DNA of 63,801 bases from Toensbergia leucococca. Lineage: Eukaryota. This document shows positions 48,983 through 62,289 of the stretch, in pieces. Where the stretch lies: assembly GCA_022813965.1 (NCBI GenBank), contig JALDZS010000141.1:1-63801 (forward strand). Direction: 5' to 3'. The position numbers were made by a program, and so were the translations under genes. Each line of letters opens with the position of its first letter. Within the stretch, counting starts at the first letter, position 1. The notes beneath the pieces were generated by a model. That model searched no databases. It saw nothing but the letters and a program-made list of their open reading frames with translations, and was not told the DNA's origin.

Positions 48983-51900
48983 CACTTAGATACGAGACCA
49001 GAGAAGTCTCGCCTCTCCCGCAAGAAATAAACTCCCCCGGCAGTGTACATTGCGTGAAGTGGGGTCAGAATGGATAGCCATGGCGATATGATCAGCCTGC
49101 ACGATGAAAGGATTGACCATTCATACCGTACGTATTTAGAGGACCCAAAGTTGAGCTGACCACCACTAAAATCACTAGTAGCTGAGTAAAGGGACTCCTT
49201 TCACGCACGAGTACGCAAGGGTTCCGAATTTCCCTGCGATATGGCTCTGTCATCCGGGGGAAACTGGCACTAAGTCAAAACTGTTATCTTCTCATGCATC
49301 TCTGAAGCTACTGCCTCTGTCAATGGTTGCAGAATAGGCTCGCCGATGAATGTTCTGCAGTTTTGCACCCACAAAGTACCGCAACGGCCAATCCTAGTTT
49401 AGGGACTTAGTATAGTTCCATTGCGTTGAAGAGTCCGAGCTTACCAAACCAGCATGCATCACTGACTAACTCGTTCTCACTCCCTGCAGGCGACTAGCAC
49501 AGAACATGCCTCAATTTACCGTCGTCCAGGCGAGACCTTGTCTGACTGGTTTGCTAATCGCTGTGATCGCCGGGGAGAATGTACAGTTCGGGTAGAGTTG
49601 GCGTGTTCGAAGTTCCTAATCATAGACCTCCAAACTCTGAGTCGTTGCTCATAGACTCCCCTGCAATGATGGCTTACCCTTATCGTGGAGGTAGATGTCA
49701 CCATGAACATCCTGCATGAGGACTTCTGGTACTTACGGATTACGCCGGCTCATATATGCTAATCTAAGTCTGTGGCTCGGAATACGAGGACTGTTCTAAC
49801 CAAACAAAAATTTTAGCATACGTGCCAACGGCATTATCAGCAAGTCGGCGTCGATATCCGAGCGGAGCATAAGCGGTCTTGTACCGTCGCAGGGATCACT
49901 CACTCTAGCTCATAAGGCACCTTAGAGCAGCTGCAGCCCCGTCGACCACAACCTATCCTTCAAATACCATATAGCGGGAGACCAGAAGCGTTGGGCCTTC
50001 ATTGTGATTGGGCGCCGGAGACCACCCCCTCCTGGATACCTGAAAACTCAGTCTCGTGGAAGCTAGAAAGGAAGCAAAATTAGCCTATGCTCCAAGAGTC
50101 GAGTAAGCAAGAAGAACATCTCATGCAGCAACTTGCTGCCGAGCATCGCACAGCGCGCCGAGTGTGAGAGAGAGAGCCGCGAGAGGGAACACCGCAAGTA
50201 GCCCTAAAAGGGGGGCCGAAAATCGCAAATCAAATACACACGTAGAAGAAAAGCACAGTAATCGTAGCATCCCTGACCGTCTCTTTCCCTTCCAAAAAAT
50301 CCGACACAGACCACCAACATTCCCGCTCCTAACCCAACTCCGAGGAAAGTCTTGGCAGGGCTTTTCCGTGCCCTAATTTACGGAGTACTAATACACCCAT
50401 TGAGTTATGCCGTGCTAGCTAGCGGCTTGTTGCGGCTTCCGTCGGTGCTGTTCTTACCCTTTTCTACCTAAGCTTGAAGGTTGAAGCGGCGGTCGGCTTA
50501 CTGTTCATCTTGTACGCAGTAGGTAAGGCAGGTTACATTTCACTCTACAATTTATAACCAAATCAGCTACCTATCGTATGAAACGGACGAGGGTTCTATT
50601 CATGTGAGTGGGTTGTGCTTAACAATCTGCACATTTTTGTAAATATATGAAGAAAAAAAATAATACAAATCTTTCATGTTTTGTTTCTGTGACTTGTGTG
50701 GACTGGATTGGGTCATCACCAACCTACGGTGAAGGATTTCTTTCCGTGGGGGGGTTTTTAAAGCCCGTCTCTCTCTCTCTCTCTCTCGCTCAAATCTCTT
50801 TTGTTATATCTGAATGTTATTTTGGTGATTTGAATAATCTGGGTATTGGGGGGGTTGAATCTTCGCGAGGTTTTTTTCTTTTGGGGGGGAGTGTGATCTG
50901 TTACTTTTTATTTTTTCTTCTGAGGCTTTGAGTTGAGGGATGGTGCTTGATTGATTGAGAAGGTGGCCTGTTGTGTTTGCTTGAGGTGAGGAGTGAGAGA
51001 GATGAGATGGAGGAGTGAGAGTGAGTGAGTGAATTCATTGTGCTTAGGTGTGCTAATGCTACTGCGCTTGGAGAGTGTGATGATTATTCTTCCCCACATA
51101 TCTCAAACTAAAATATTGAAGAAAGATTTAGTGCAGGATGAAACCTCAGAAATAGAAACATTAGGGCTGAGAGTTTTTGTTATGATAAGATTACTGCCTT
51201 GAATAGAAACACATAGCTGTGTACATATCTAACAACCAAGAACCAACAAAGATCCCAAGCAAAAAACCCTCCCCTCAAAACCCCTCTGAGTGCAAGTCCT
51301 TCAAACCCCTTACGCCTGCGCAATCAAGCGTGACTTATTTTATGACCAGGACATGTATACCCTCTTTCTTCTGACATCTGAAAATAATTCCTAGCAAGAC
51401 TTTGTGACTGTGATGGGAAATTCTTTCAATTCTCTCTACAGCAGTAGTCAGCTGAGTTGTGAAGAATAGGTTCATATCACTGACAATTTTGCAGTCATAG
51501 CAAGTGACAGGGAAACGTGAAGCTACATGTGTGTAACATAATGGCGAATTTTTGTTTTCCATGGCTTTGGGAGTTGGGTAGATGGCTGTGATGTGTTTTT
51601 TTGAAAGTATCCTTTTCGTCAAGAAGGGTTGCAAGGAGGGGGTGGTCAACGCTGATGACGATCTTCTACGCTGATGGAAGAGTACGGATGGGGTTGGGGC
51701 GTAGAACGAATTTGGTATTCGTTTTTTGGGGGGGGAGGGAGGATTGGTGATGTGCCAGTATGGATTTTGATGTCTTTTTTTTTTTTTTTTTTAAGTCAGA
51801 CTCTCGGAGTTCTGGTGTGTTTTCTGGATCAGATGCCTGAGGTTTAATTGATGGGATTTGGGGGGGGGGACTGAAAGGACTTTTGTGGGAAGATTGTTGC

Positions 51901-52767
51901 CATTTTCCTGCGGAAAGGAGATGTAGCTGTTTGGGGGGTAGTTGAGTATTGGAGAAGAGGGGCGGGAAAGGAGTCTGGGGAAATGATACAGGCTTCCAAC
52001 GGCTGTGAAGCGAGTGCTTGCTTCTCTGCATTCGTATCGGCTCTTCCGTATTTCGGAGTCAATGTCTAATAGCTATCTGCAAAAGCCTCATTCATACCAC
52101 GCTGAATCTAACAGAGAATGTTTCTGATGATCTTCGGAGATGGGTTTCCTGAAGTGACAAAAGACACCTCCACTTCAACATCCTTCGTAGATAATGAAGA
52201 CTAACGCCCCGTTGAAGCAGTAGTCACTTCCAAAAAAAAAAAAAAAAAAAACGGTCTGTCATTTAATTTACAGTAGCAGGAGAGAGTCGGAGAAAAAAAC
52301 AATGTGCAAATCGTACCACCCTAGCGACGATTGAAAGAAAACGTTCTTTTCTGGTGGCTCGGTTTCACAGATGCCATGGTACCACCGCTTGGAGTAGCTA
52401 GATACCCGCCTGGGATGTGTCCCACCTGAATGGATCAAACATTAAGCAACAAGGGATTGTTTGAGCAACATCATTTTTAGTCGGGTCACCAAACAGTTCT
52501 TCGACTTGGTAACTGCCTCCGAATCTTCCGAAATTTCAATATTTCGATCGAGGGACTAGCGCGCACACACGTCTCCGAGCAATGATACCCATTGGACATG
52601 GATTCCCATCAATTCATAGTCTATAGTGGGTACAGGTGTTGCCCTTTCATTTAAATAGTGACTCAATAGGATGCTATAAAAAAGCATGAGATACCTCCAA
52701 CGAAATCCACGTGTGACTTCCATGGCATGCTTTAGTAAAGGCTTCTTCGCCCGACCTATTTGGACTT

Positions 52768-54090
52768 TTAAACAACTCGGCCATCGAAATTCCATATATT
52801 GGAAGTGAAAGAGGGATCACCCGAGGCTGGATCAAGTGTTTTAATGCTGATAGTCGTGGTTTTCCTAATCCTATCACCACTCTGCTGGTCAGTGAGAATG
52901 TAGGTATCGTCTTGTTTCCGCGGGGCTCTTTCCCGATTCAGTCTTGCTTGGTTGAAAAGCGGGCGCAATGTCGGAAGACAACCCACGATGATGCTAAGGG
53001 GTAGCTCGACCCTGCGAGCTTATTAGAAGTAGTTTTGGTTATTTCTATCAACATGCTTACGTCTTCCAGATCAAGAACTTCATTACAACGTCTAATTCAA
53101 CGGGTAAGCCAAAACCCCCTTGAACGGGTTCCCAGGGTGATACTGACATGTGACATCCTCTGTTTGTGAAGATTCCGAGGTATAAGTTGTTCTGACGATG
53201 CCGGCTGCACTTGTGCTGTTTACTCGTCAGCCTCAGAAGCCTAACGCCGAGATGATCAGAAACAACTTACAAAAAGCAAAGTCCAAGTAAGCCACATAGT
53301 AGCACCTTCGTGTAGCGACTGATCTGCACATTCCACAACAAAAAGATTGGTGACGTGGCCAAAGTAACATCGTATAGAGCCGCCATCACTGGGATGCTGT
53401 CAGCTGCTTGGCATCGCGATGCTGATAGTCAGGAATAAACAGACAGGTGACTTACCACCTTGGATATAAATCACGATGGTTCTTTCCGCAACATCGCAAT
53501 GACCCTCCAGTGAGGCGTCCCACAGACGCCCAATAGGCCTGCATGAGAAGAGAATGGCAAACACTTTTATGATGGTCATAAAAATGATCAAGACGATTAG
53601 AGTGTAAAAAAACCATTTCCACTTGGCACTTGTCGTGATACGGATAAGCATCAAAGAGCCGGAAATTTTGGCGGTAGCCTCAGCGCATGGAATGATGCAG
53701 AAGCTGACCCACATAAGTTTCAAAGCAGTCTTGGATTGTTCAGGGGTCAAGAAAGCAGTGTGTCTTCCTAAGCCATAATGAACCGAAGTGGCCAAACAGC
53801 CTAATGCTCCCAAAGCAATGATCTGGAACATGATTGTTGGAATTAGCCAGAGCTTTTAGTTCCGAGCTGTCTCTTGTCCAATTTATCTTTACTCTGTCCA
53901 CGTGGAAATACAGAAGTTGGGAAAAACCTACCATGGAAGCAGCAATGATCCAGTCATCCAGTCCTACTTTGCGAACAATCCTGCTCCTAACCCATAATCT
54001 CAAAGACACAAGAACTGTTGCTATAGCAGTGCCTGTACCAAAAATCGCGAGAAACTCCGGGCCTCTATTATCGTCCATGACGGCCATCAT
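52768..54090 (-). CDS. PTH11-like integral membrane protein (fungal rhodopsin domain, no CFEM)
   Basis: LRLWVR...GLDDW, YGLGRH, KISGSLMLIRI, CRPIGRLWD, VELPLSIIVGCLPTLRPL; six exons. Confidence 0.9.
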
Positions 54091-55635
54091 AGTGATGCTC
54101 TCGGAAACAGCTGTATCGCCACAGAGTAGAAGAAATGAAAATTCGTGACCGGTAGACAGATTGCTTGATCAACAGCGATTTGACATTTCGTTCTGCTAGG
54201 TATACAATTGAATAGACCGAGTGTAAAGTCTGTAGAGTCGCAGATGATGTGTCGCTCTTTTTGAAATCGCCGTAGTCTCGCTTTATAGCAGACCTGCTGC
54301 AATACAAGAGATCAGACCCGCTGCCACGCTAGGAAGCCAAGCTACTGTAAAAGGAGAAGGCAAACGACGATGTGCAAGGTAGGAATGAAGATAGTTTTGC
54401 AGAGTAGAAAGAGAATGGGGGTTTTGACGCATACATACGTCTGATGCTCGGCCAGCTACCCACGCATTTTTCAGAAGACGAAAGCGTTTTCCACACGCGT
54501 GTTACACTTGAACTGAGGTCTAGAGATATCGCGGCAGCCGTTGCGCTTCCACAAGAGCGCACAAAGGTCCTTTGACCGAGATCACCGAATACTGAACCAA
54601 TGGCTGTTTGTGCCACCTGTAATCCGGACGTGTTCAACATCGCCGGTCCTCAACGCTGCCAAAATCTGAAACGTTCGAAAGCGCCCCTGTTTGATTCTTT
54701 TCAACAACATGGTCCCTGTTGATCAATAATTCCGATGAACGGTAGGGATTTTATATGCTGCATGACGTTTTCTATAGCTGACAAAGCATATAAGGCGAAC
54801 CAATCGGAAAGCGATTGATGAGATGGCAGAGACAACACTCCTCGATTCGTACAGTCACTGCATGAAGTGTTTGCTCCATCAAGACTTTCCCCCGATATCT
54901 CCATCCCATCATAGACAGTGTTCTCTTCGCCACACTTTTTCTGTTTTTCTTTTTTTCTAAACTAAATAAGACGCATGACCAGGGGCCATGATGCCCAAGC
55001 GGGGAGTTTCGCGGGCAACCGTATGGTCGGGGCCAGACAAAGATTTCAAGCTGGTAGCCGCTCTAGCCTAGCAACTTGCGGGCATGCGCACAAACTTTGT
55101 TGATTTGAAATGTTTCACTGCTTTGAGCGGGGTGGAACGGACCCTGCAGCATCGACGACCATGAGGTAGACGGTTTGCAGGCAACAACGAGTGGAACGCT
55201 CTAAAAGGGTATCAAATTTATCATTATAGAGTAGACAAGTTGACCTATGTAGAGGGTCAAGAGTATGGAAATTCTGCCAGGTGCCGAACGCATTGATCTT
55301 AAAAGGTACCATTGGTATTCCTCGGATGGTCCTTCTAGGCATGCAGATCATGTCGTGCAGAAGCCTACTCTCTCATAATGTTCCGGTCCGCGATGGACCG
55401 AGTCACATTTGATCCGGTCTATGTGAGTCAGCTTGAAATCTAGATAGAGGTGACAAAACCAACATGTTCAGATTGAGCAAAGTGAAGAAAGCAAGAGATT
55501 CAATCCTCGGAAGTGGAGAGACCTTGGTTGCTTCTGAACGATGAGGATAGTAAAGGATTTTTTTGGCGTAGCTAACGCATTACATCATCTAGATATACCG
55601 GGAGAGGAGGTGCGCAGGCCCCGACGGCCGCTCAA

Positions 55636-56099
55636 ATGCAGAAATTTACTGATTTCTTTACTGATGAGACACATGTCTTTATACTCATAATATATAAGAC
55701 TTATGATTTAAATAATATGATACTAAGTAGTATTAGAATTACTGTTAAAACTCTTATTATTTCTCAGAAACTTCTAGAGTACAAGGATTTGTTTTCAATG
55801 AAAAATGCAGAAAAGCTCTCTGAATATAAAGGTAGTGATCATGTGATAGGAATCACTGATAATAATGTATTACCTTATAAATTACTTTATAACCTTTTAA
55901 ACACTAAGCTTGTGATATTGTAAAATTATATAAATAAAGTCTTAAAAAAAGAATGAGTTCATTACTCTATTAGTTCTACAGAAGTCTTAGTTCTATTCAT
56001 ATTAAAGAAGAATAAAGATCTATGTTTATGTGTTAACTACAAAGAACTAAATAAGGTAACTATTAAGAACTGTTATTTACTATTACTTATCAGTGAGAC
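55636..56099 (+). mobile_element. Gypsy RT N-terminal fragment, RIP-mutated, interrupted by family C
   Basis: YKDLFS...DHVI...YKLLYNL...VLFILKKNKDLCLCVNYKELNKVTIKNCYLLLLISE. Confidence 0.8.
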
Positions 56100-58800
56100 T
56101 GTTATAATTTACCCTAGCATTTTAACTTACATACAGATCAAGGTCAACACAGAGACTGAGAGTTAACATGTGAATTTGTTAAATGTTATGACTGTTACTC
56201 AGTAACACTCTGCTAAATACTTATACAGCATTTTTCTTCTATACTTTTAGATCTTTACCTTTAATGTTCTATTTAGTAGTATCTCTATGACTAAACTCTA
56301 GGCCTGATTATAACATTATATTAAAGATCTATATCAAATGTTCTATTAGCTTGTCTTTATACAAATCTGATAACCTTAGATATTCTTATTTTACCTTGTC
56401 TTCATACAAGTGTAACAAAACTATTCTCAAACACTTTTCTGTTAAGGCTCTTAACACACTATGTGTCACATTCTACGCATAAAACATAATAACAAACAAT
56501 ATCTTAACACTGTTTAATATCTTAAGCATCATTATAACAAATATTTACTTTCTATTATAACAAACCTTCTTAAAATTCTTTAATTCTTTCTCTCTTTCAT
56601 AATTGTCTCTCTATCTCTTCTTAATCATAAACAATTCTTTTAAAGCAGAGGCTTTTAGCAGTTAGTCTCTCTCTAAACATTCTGCACAGCTTAAATCTTG
56701 ACTTTACTCTAACCTTTTCTTATTTAATGCATCACCTGTAGACTTATCTTCTAAAGGCAATGAAGATAAAGATATAGCAGTATTTAATCTGAAAGACATC
56801 TCTACTTTTACATAACTACAGAATTTTTTAAATCAGCAGTTATAAGCCTGTGAAGATTATCTCTGACGCTTTAGAAAACAATGAGATAAACTTTTTCTCA
56901 TAACAGAAAAGGTGACTAAAGCTTAACAGCAATAAAATTATCTTGCGCAGTAGATAAAAGACCTCAATTATTCTAATCTTAGAAATAAAGAGACAGAGAC
57001 TTCTTTAAATAATATGCTTAAAACGCAGATCAAGCTTGATGAAAAGATTATGAAGGTAAAGAAATGTCAAGCTGAGATTCATTAACTTAAACTGAAGCTA
57101 TTTACGGTCTTAATAGAGAAACAACTATGAATTTTATCACTGAATTTATCTTCAGACTTCTACAATTTCTCTTCTTAAGCTTCTTACCTGTCTAAAAAGA
57201 TTCTAAATTCTGAGAAGCTATCTGATAAAAAGAGTTTTACCTTTAAGACATGACAGCTGCAGATAAAGCTTAAGTTAACTAATAACAAAGACTAATATCT
57301 CATCACATAAAAACAGAAGACTTTAGTCATCTATTCTCTTAAGAGTAATGCTTTTAATTATTATTTATTTAAATTACTGTTTATCATTATTAATTCTTTC
57401 TCATCTGCAACAGACATTATTAAGTATTTAATGACTATTTATAAGAATCTCAACAAGATTTAAAATGCCTGCTAAGATTTTAATAAACTATAGCAGATGA
57501 ACAATGAGCCTTTTATCAGTTCTATGCAATCTTTTTTCTTCTAACCTTATTATTAGACATTAATGAGATTACTTTTATTACTTATTTAGAGAAGAAAGTT
57601 AACCCTTAGTTACAAACAGTTTTAGTTACTATCTTATCAGACTTTATTAGTCTGTAAGGGTCTCTTATGAGATTCTGAATTCTGAGTGTAATTAGAAGAT
57701 GTCTAACTATCTAGGTGTGAAGTCACTAGATATACTGTGATAATGTTAAGTCACTTAGGGTTGCTGACTCACCTAACCTTACCTAACTACCTTAGCCCTA
57801 AAAAAGCACTGTAACACAGTCTCTCTAAACTGCAGAGCTACCTGCAAAAGATAGATAAAAAATAGAGATACAACTGAACATTGCATAAAGCTACCTCTCT
57901 TTCTTCTGTAAAACTTATCTACAAGATCTTTACTTCTATCTCTCAGATTGTAATAACTTGCAGCACTCACTCAGAGAAGTCAGTAATTGTTTTAATTAGC
58001 AAGCTTGTAACTGTCTGTACTCTAATCTTCTCTCAGAGCAGACCCTTTTAAATTATGCTTACAGATGTGAAAGACTTTCTGTGCATTTCTAAAACCTGCT
58101 ACAACTGTAACAAGCTTAGTCACTTTGCTTAGAACTGCTCAGAGTCTAAGAAAGTCAGTTTTAAAGATTACATTCAAGAGATCTTAAACAATAATAAGAA
58201 GAAAGGTAAAAAAGAGACAGAAGAGAAGATTGAAGAGACTTTAAAGATAAAAAACTAAAGCTCTTTATCAGAGATGTAATAGAGAGAGAGTTATCAATTG
58301 CTTCTTTGAATTCTGATTAGAATCCTTATGCACTTAAGTCTTTTATCACAGCATGCACTCTGTTTATAATCAACATTAATCACAAAATTCAAGCTTTGAT
58401 TGACATTAATACTCATAACTATGCTTTTATTGATTCTATTGCTGCGCATTCTCTTTGTAAACTCTTTTCTATTTTATCTATTTTATTAATTAAGTCTAAA
58501 CTTATCTAAGAGTTTAACAAAAAACATGACACACCTATTATGCATTAGATTCTGATAGGTCTAAAGGTGACAGATTACTCTAAACTGTTCTGTCTATTAT
58601 TAATCATTATATTAAGTCAAGATGACATTATTTTAGAAAAAATCTGAATGAATTATCATGAGATATTACTAAACATGAGTGCTGATGAGCTTTATTTCTT
58701 ACTTAAAAGGTGTGATTGATCTGACCTGCCTCTAACTTATCTTTTTCTTTATGCTTTTAAGTATTACTCTGAAGACTTGTTTGTTAGATAACTTCTGAGC
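56100..58800 (+). mobile_element. Gypsy family C 5' part (LTR 56100-56539, gag with CCHC, protease), truncated
   Basis: TG...CA LTR; TCYNCNKLSHFAxNC at ~58095-58140; ALIDINTHNYAFIDS protease motif at ~58393. Confidence 0.8.
57653..57816. mobile_element. Solo LTR (family D), 164 bp
   Basis: TG...CA termini, TSD TAGTC/CAGTC; homologous to 59184-59347. Confidence 0.85.
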
Positions 58801-58804
58801 ATAA

Positions 58805-61800
58805 AGTTTCTTATAGAACTCAGTTACTGTCTGTAGAATCTTTAAGAAAGTTGAATGCAGTACATTATATGTGTCTTATACAGTCACTATCATTGTATTC
58901 TGATTATATTTAGTTTTAAAAAAGAATCATTTAATAGAGTATTTATTCAGTAGCATGTGTTTGACTAAAGTATTATATGAATAATTCTTATAGTGTCACT
59001 TCTTTAAGCATTGTTTCTGCATTAACACTGTTACTAATCTCTGATTAAGCTCTGAGTCTGATTCTTTAAGTCTCTGTATCTTTTATAACTCTTTGTGTTA
59101 ACATTTAAGTCTTATTTAAAGGGAGTTTATTTTTCTTTTTAATCTCTTGTCTGCAGTCTGCATGACTTTCTTAAGAGTTATCTTGTTAGCGTCTCTTTTG
59201 AGATTCCAAATTCTAGGTGTAATTAGATGATGTCTAGCTATCTAGGTGCAAAGTCACTAGATATACCGTAGTGATGCCAAGCCACTTAGGGTTCTTGGCT
59301 CGCCTAACCTTGCCTAACTACCCTAGCCCTAGGAAAGCACCGTAACATATCTTAAAGGTCTGTCACTTCTAAAAGATATTCTCTTCTAATAGAGTCTTTA
59401 GTGTGTCTATATACTCATTCTTTACTATGTTAAACTTTAGTATTCTTGAGCTAAGACATTATCTCTCTGAGTCTCTACTAGTTTTAACCTTGAGATATAG
59501 ATTTATAATTATCACATAATAATCTGTTCAGAGATTACTTACCTTTATATCTTAGCTCTTTATATCTCACATTTATTTAGATTAAACATATAGTCTATTT
59601 AGTCTGAAAAGTTCTCACTCATGATAAAAGTAAGTGTAAATAATAATGTTTGAGTGTTGTTTTCTTTATTCATTTAAAAGTTTCTTCTCTTCTTCTCTCA
59701 GAGTCACAATAAATTATTGTATCTCTTAATAGTTTCAGACTTTGAGATCTCTAAGATTATGTCTTTCTCTTTTAGATAGTAACTCATTTCAGTTCTCTTT
59801 AACTATATTACACTGCATGAGTCTTATCATAGCTTTTAGAGAATTCACTGATTTCTTAAATTAGATCACTTATATTAATGAGTTAGCTAAGATATATACA
59901 TTATCTATCATTAATAGTTCTTCTTGATAACATATACTGTAGATCAAAAGCCTTTCTTTCTCTTTCTAATAAAGAATATAAGAGTCTAAATTATTCTCTG
60001 AGAGAAATCACTCAGTGATCTTAATGTTAATAATTATTATAATAATATCTTACTAAGACTCTCTATTAAAGACAATAATGATTAGAGAGAATTGAGTCCT
60101 AAAATCTGTTACTGTGTTATTATCTAAAAAGACTTTTTAAGTAAGAATTACATTAACTTTGTTACTTTAAATCATATTATACATGTTATAAAATCAGGCA
60201 GAATTTAACACTGATTGCACATTAAGAGATACTATTTTTATTTTAGACATAAGAGTCATAGACTAACCTGCTATCTAACAGCAGACTATTCTTTTGACTG
60301 AATAACTCTGAAGGTTTATAAGTAAGTAAGAGAGAATAAAAATGAGTCTTATGACTTACTTTCTTCTTACATACTCTGCATCTCTTGTTAGTCAAGCTTA
60401 CTGTCTTAAACTTAACTTTAAAAGCTATTAAATACTTATAAGAAGATATACTCAATTTTACATTCATTAAGTAAAACCTCAGAGGTTTTTTAAACACTAT
60501 TATTATATGTGAATCTCTCAATTCTCTATATTTCTCAAATCTTAGTTAGAAAGATAACTTTCTTTTAATTATTATGTTTTCTTTGATGATAACTTTTACT
60601 ACTATTTCAGAGAAATAATTATTGATATAAGAGATAATAAAAATTCATGCGCCTTTAGTTTAATATAAAGATAATAACACTTTATACTTAGTTAACAGAA
60701 ATTGACTTTCAATTATTTAAGTGATTATGTCAGCTATAATGCACTCAATAATTTACTCTTTTAAGTCATATAATTAAGTTATTATAATAATTCTAAGAGA
60801 CATGACATTCTTGTAAAGAATATTAATAATCTTTTAAGCTGTTATCATATTCTGACTCTAAAGTTTCTTCAGTAACTTTAAATACAGATAATAATTATTA
60901 GCAAACTGAGAGATAACTGAGTTTTTTACATCTTTTATCTTCTGATATGTAAGGTGTGTAATAATACTCTGTTATATTTGTTGCTTCTGTTGCTGCTTTC
61001 TGACTGACTTAACTTTAAAAGAGATTAGATCAGTCTATACTAAACTTGCAGTAACTAATATAGCCTGACTCTTAGCTATCAGAGAAGCTCAGTAAAGTAA
61101 CTTTGCCTTTATATCTTTGATTTTCTTCAGAGGGAATTTAATAAGTAAAGTCTAACTTTTAGCTTTTGTCTCTTCTCTTTTCTATTATCTGACATATAAA
61201 AGCCTTTCTTACTGAGGGGCAGTAATAATATTTTAGTAATCAGAACAGTAATATCTATCTCTGTGAGCTTAATTATAACACTCTTCTTAATTTCTAAGCT
61301 TTTCTTTGTCTTCTTTTAGACCTTACAGAGAGTCTTAGCTGCATTCTTATCAATCTTCTCTTGCACATTCTCAGCTTAGTCTATGTTATCTGTGAGATTT
61401 ACTTTAACTGTGAGTATAGATAAGATTGCTTTCATTTCTATAAATAAGTTTGTATCAGTAAAGAGATTATCACTAACATTATAATTCAGTGTCATACTTT
61501 TGAGCTTACTTTTAAGTCAAAATTCTTAAGAACTAAAGACTATCTGTTAATTATTTATTACTGATCTATTAACTAACATAATATTATCACTGCTAACAGT
61601 TATATTAATAAATGTGTTACTTATAGTATTAAGAATGTTTACACAGTTTTAGTGAGCAAAAGTTTTAATCTTATGTTATACTTGTTCATTGATTTTTGAA
61701 GGTTGTCTAACTTATATTAGTCAGTGACCCCTGTTAGACCTTTGATTTTCTCTTTAGAGGTTACATCTAATTGACTCACTATCTCACTGTCTCTCAGCTC

Positions 61801-62060
61801 TTCTCACTGTCAGTTATCTAATTTCTAAGACATGTGAAATTAAAGGAGATAGAGAGCTCTGCATTGAACATGACAGTGATAGAGGTCATAAGGGCCTCTA
61901 TACTGTATCATGAAGTTAATGATGATAGCAGTGAGGTTCAAGGGAAGGAGACCTTTGATAAAGTTCATTAATGTACAGCTATTCACTTCCCTTCTGATGT
62001 GACTCTTCACCTCTATGAGTGAACTGTTCAGCACTTCAGAGGTAATAGAACCTGTTTGAG
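58805..62060 (-). mobile_element. Non-LTR retrotransposon (L1/Tx1-like): ORF1, APE endonuclease and linker, truncated before RT
   Basis: ORF1 ends with CRVCKKKVSH; ORF2 from ATG 60250 reads MSKIKIVSLNVQS...VILTxK, IDNVYILAN, NIVKENxN (GGDWN-like), FRLNRLYV, KxFF...EFYKKL. Confidence 0.65.
59184..59347. mobile_element. Solo LTR (family D), 164 bp, inserted in LINE ORF2
   Basis: TG...CA termini, perfect TSD TATCT/TATCT. Confidence 0.9.
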
Positions 62061-62289
62061 TCACCCTGATAAGGCGCTGTATGTATGCTCAAGAGGCCTG
62101 AATGATGACGCTCATTCAGGTTCTCAGAAGGTAAGGTGACGGTGATCAGCTATCGTTGTCTGCGGTATCAGCAACACACTGTAGTTTGTAGAGCGTAATG
62201 AGTATACTCCTCAACTGTATCATCGTTCCCATCCTCCCCCGGGGAGGATAGTAAAGGATTGATGGTATTGCAATCATAATCACAGGAGG

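Noticed and set aside
50320..50340. Telomerase RNA template
   Set aside because: CTAACCCAA is not a full TAACCCTAA template and no other telomerase RNA features were recognised.
57653..59347. TRIM or mini LTR element bounded by two 164-bp direct repeats
   Set aside because: Each repeat has its own 5-bp TSD, so these are two independent solo LTRs.
60243..60521. Copia gag-protease
   Set aside because: The downstream sequence carries APE endonuclease motifs, which favours LINE ORF1.
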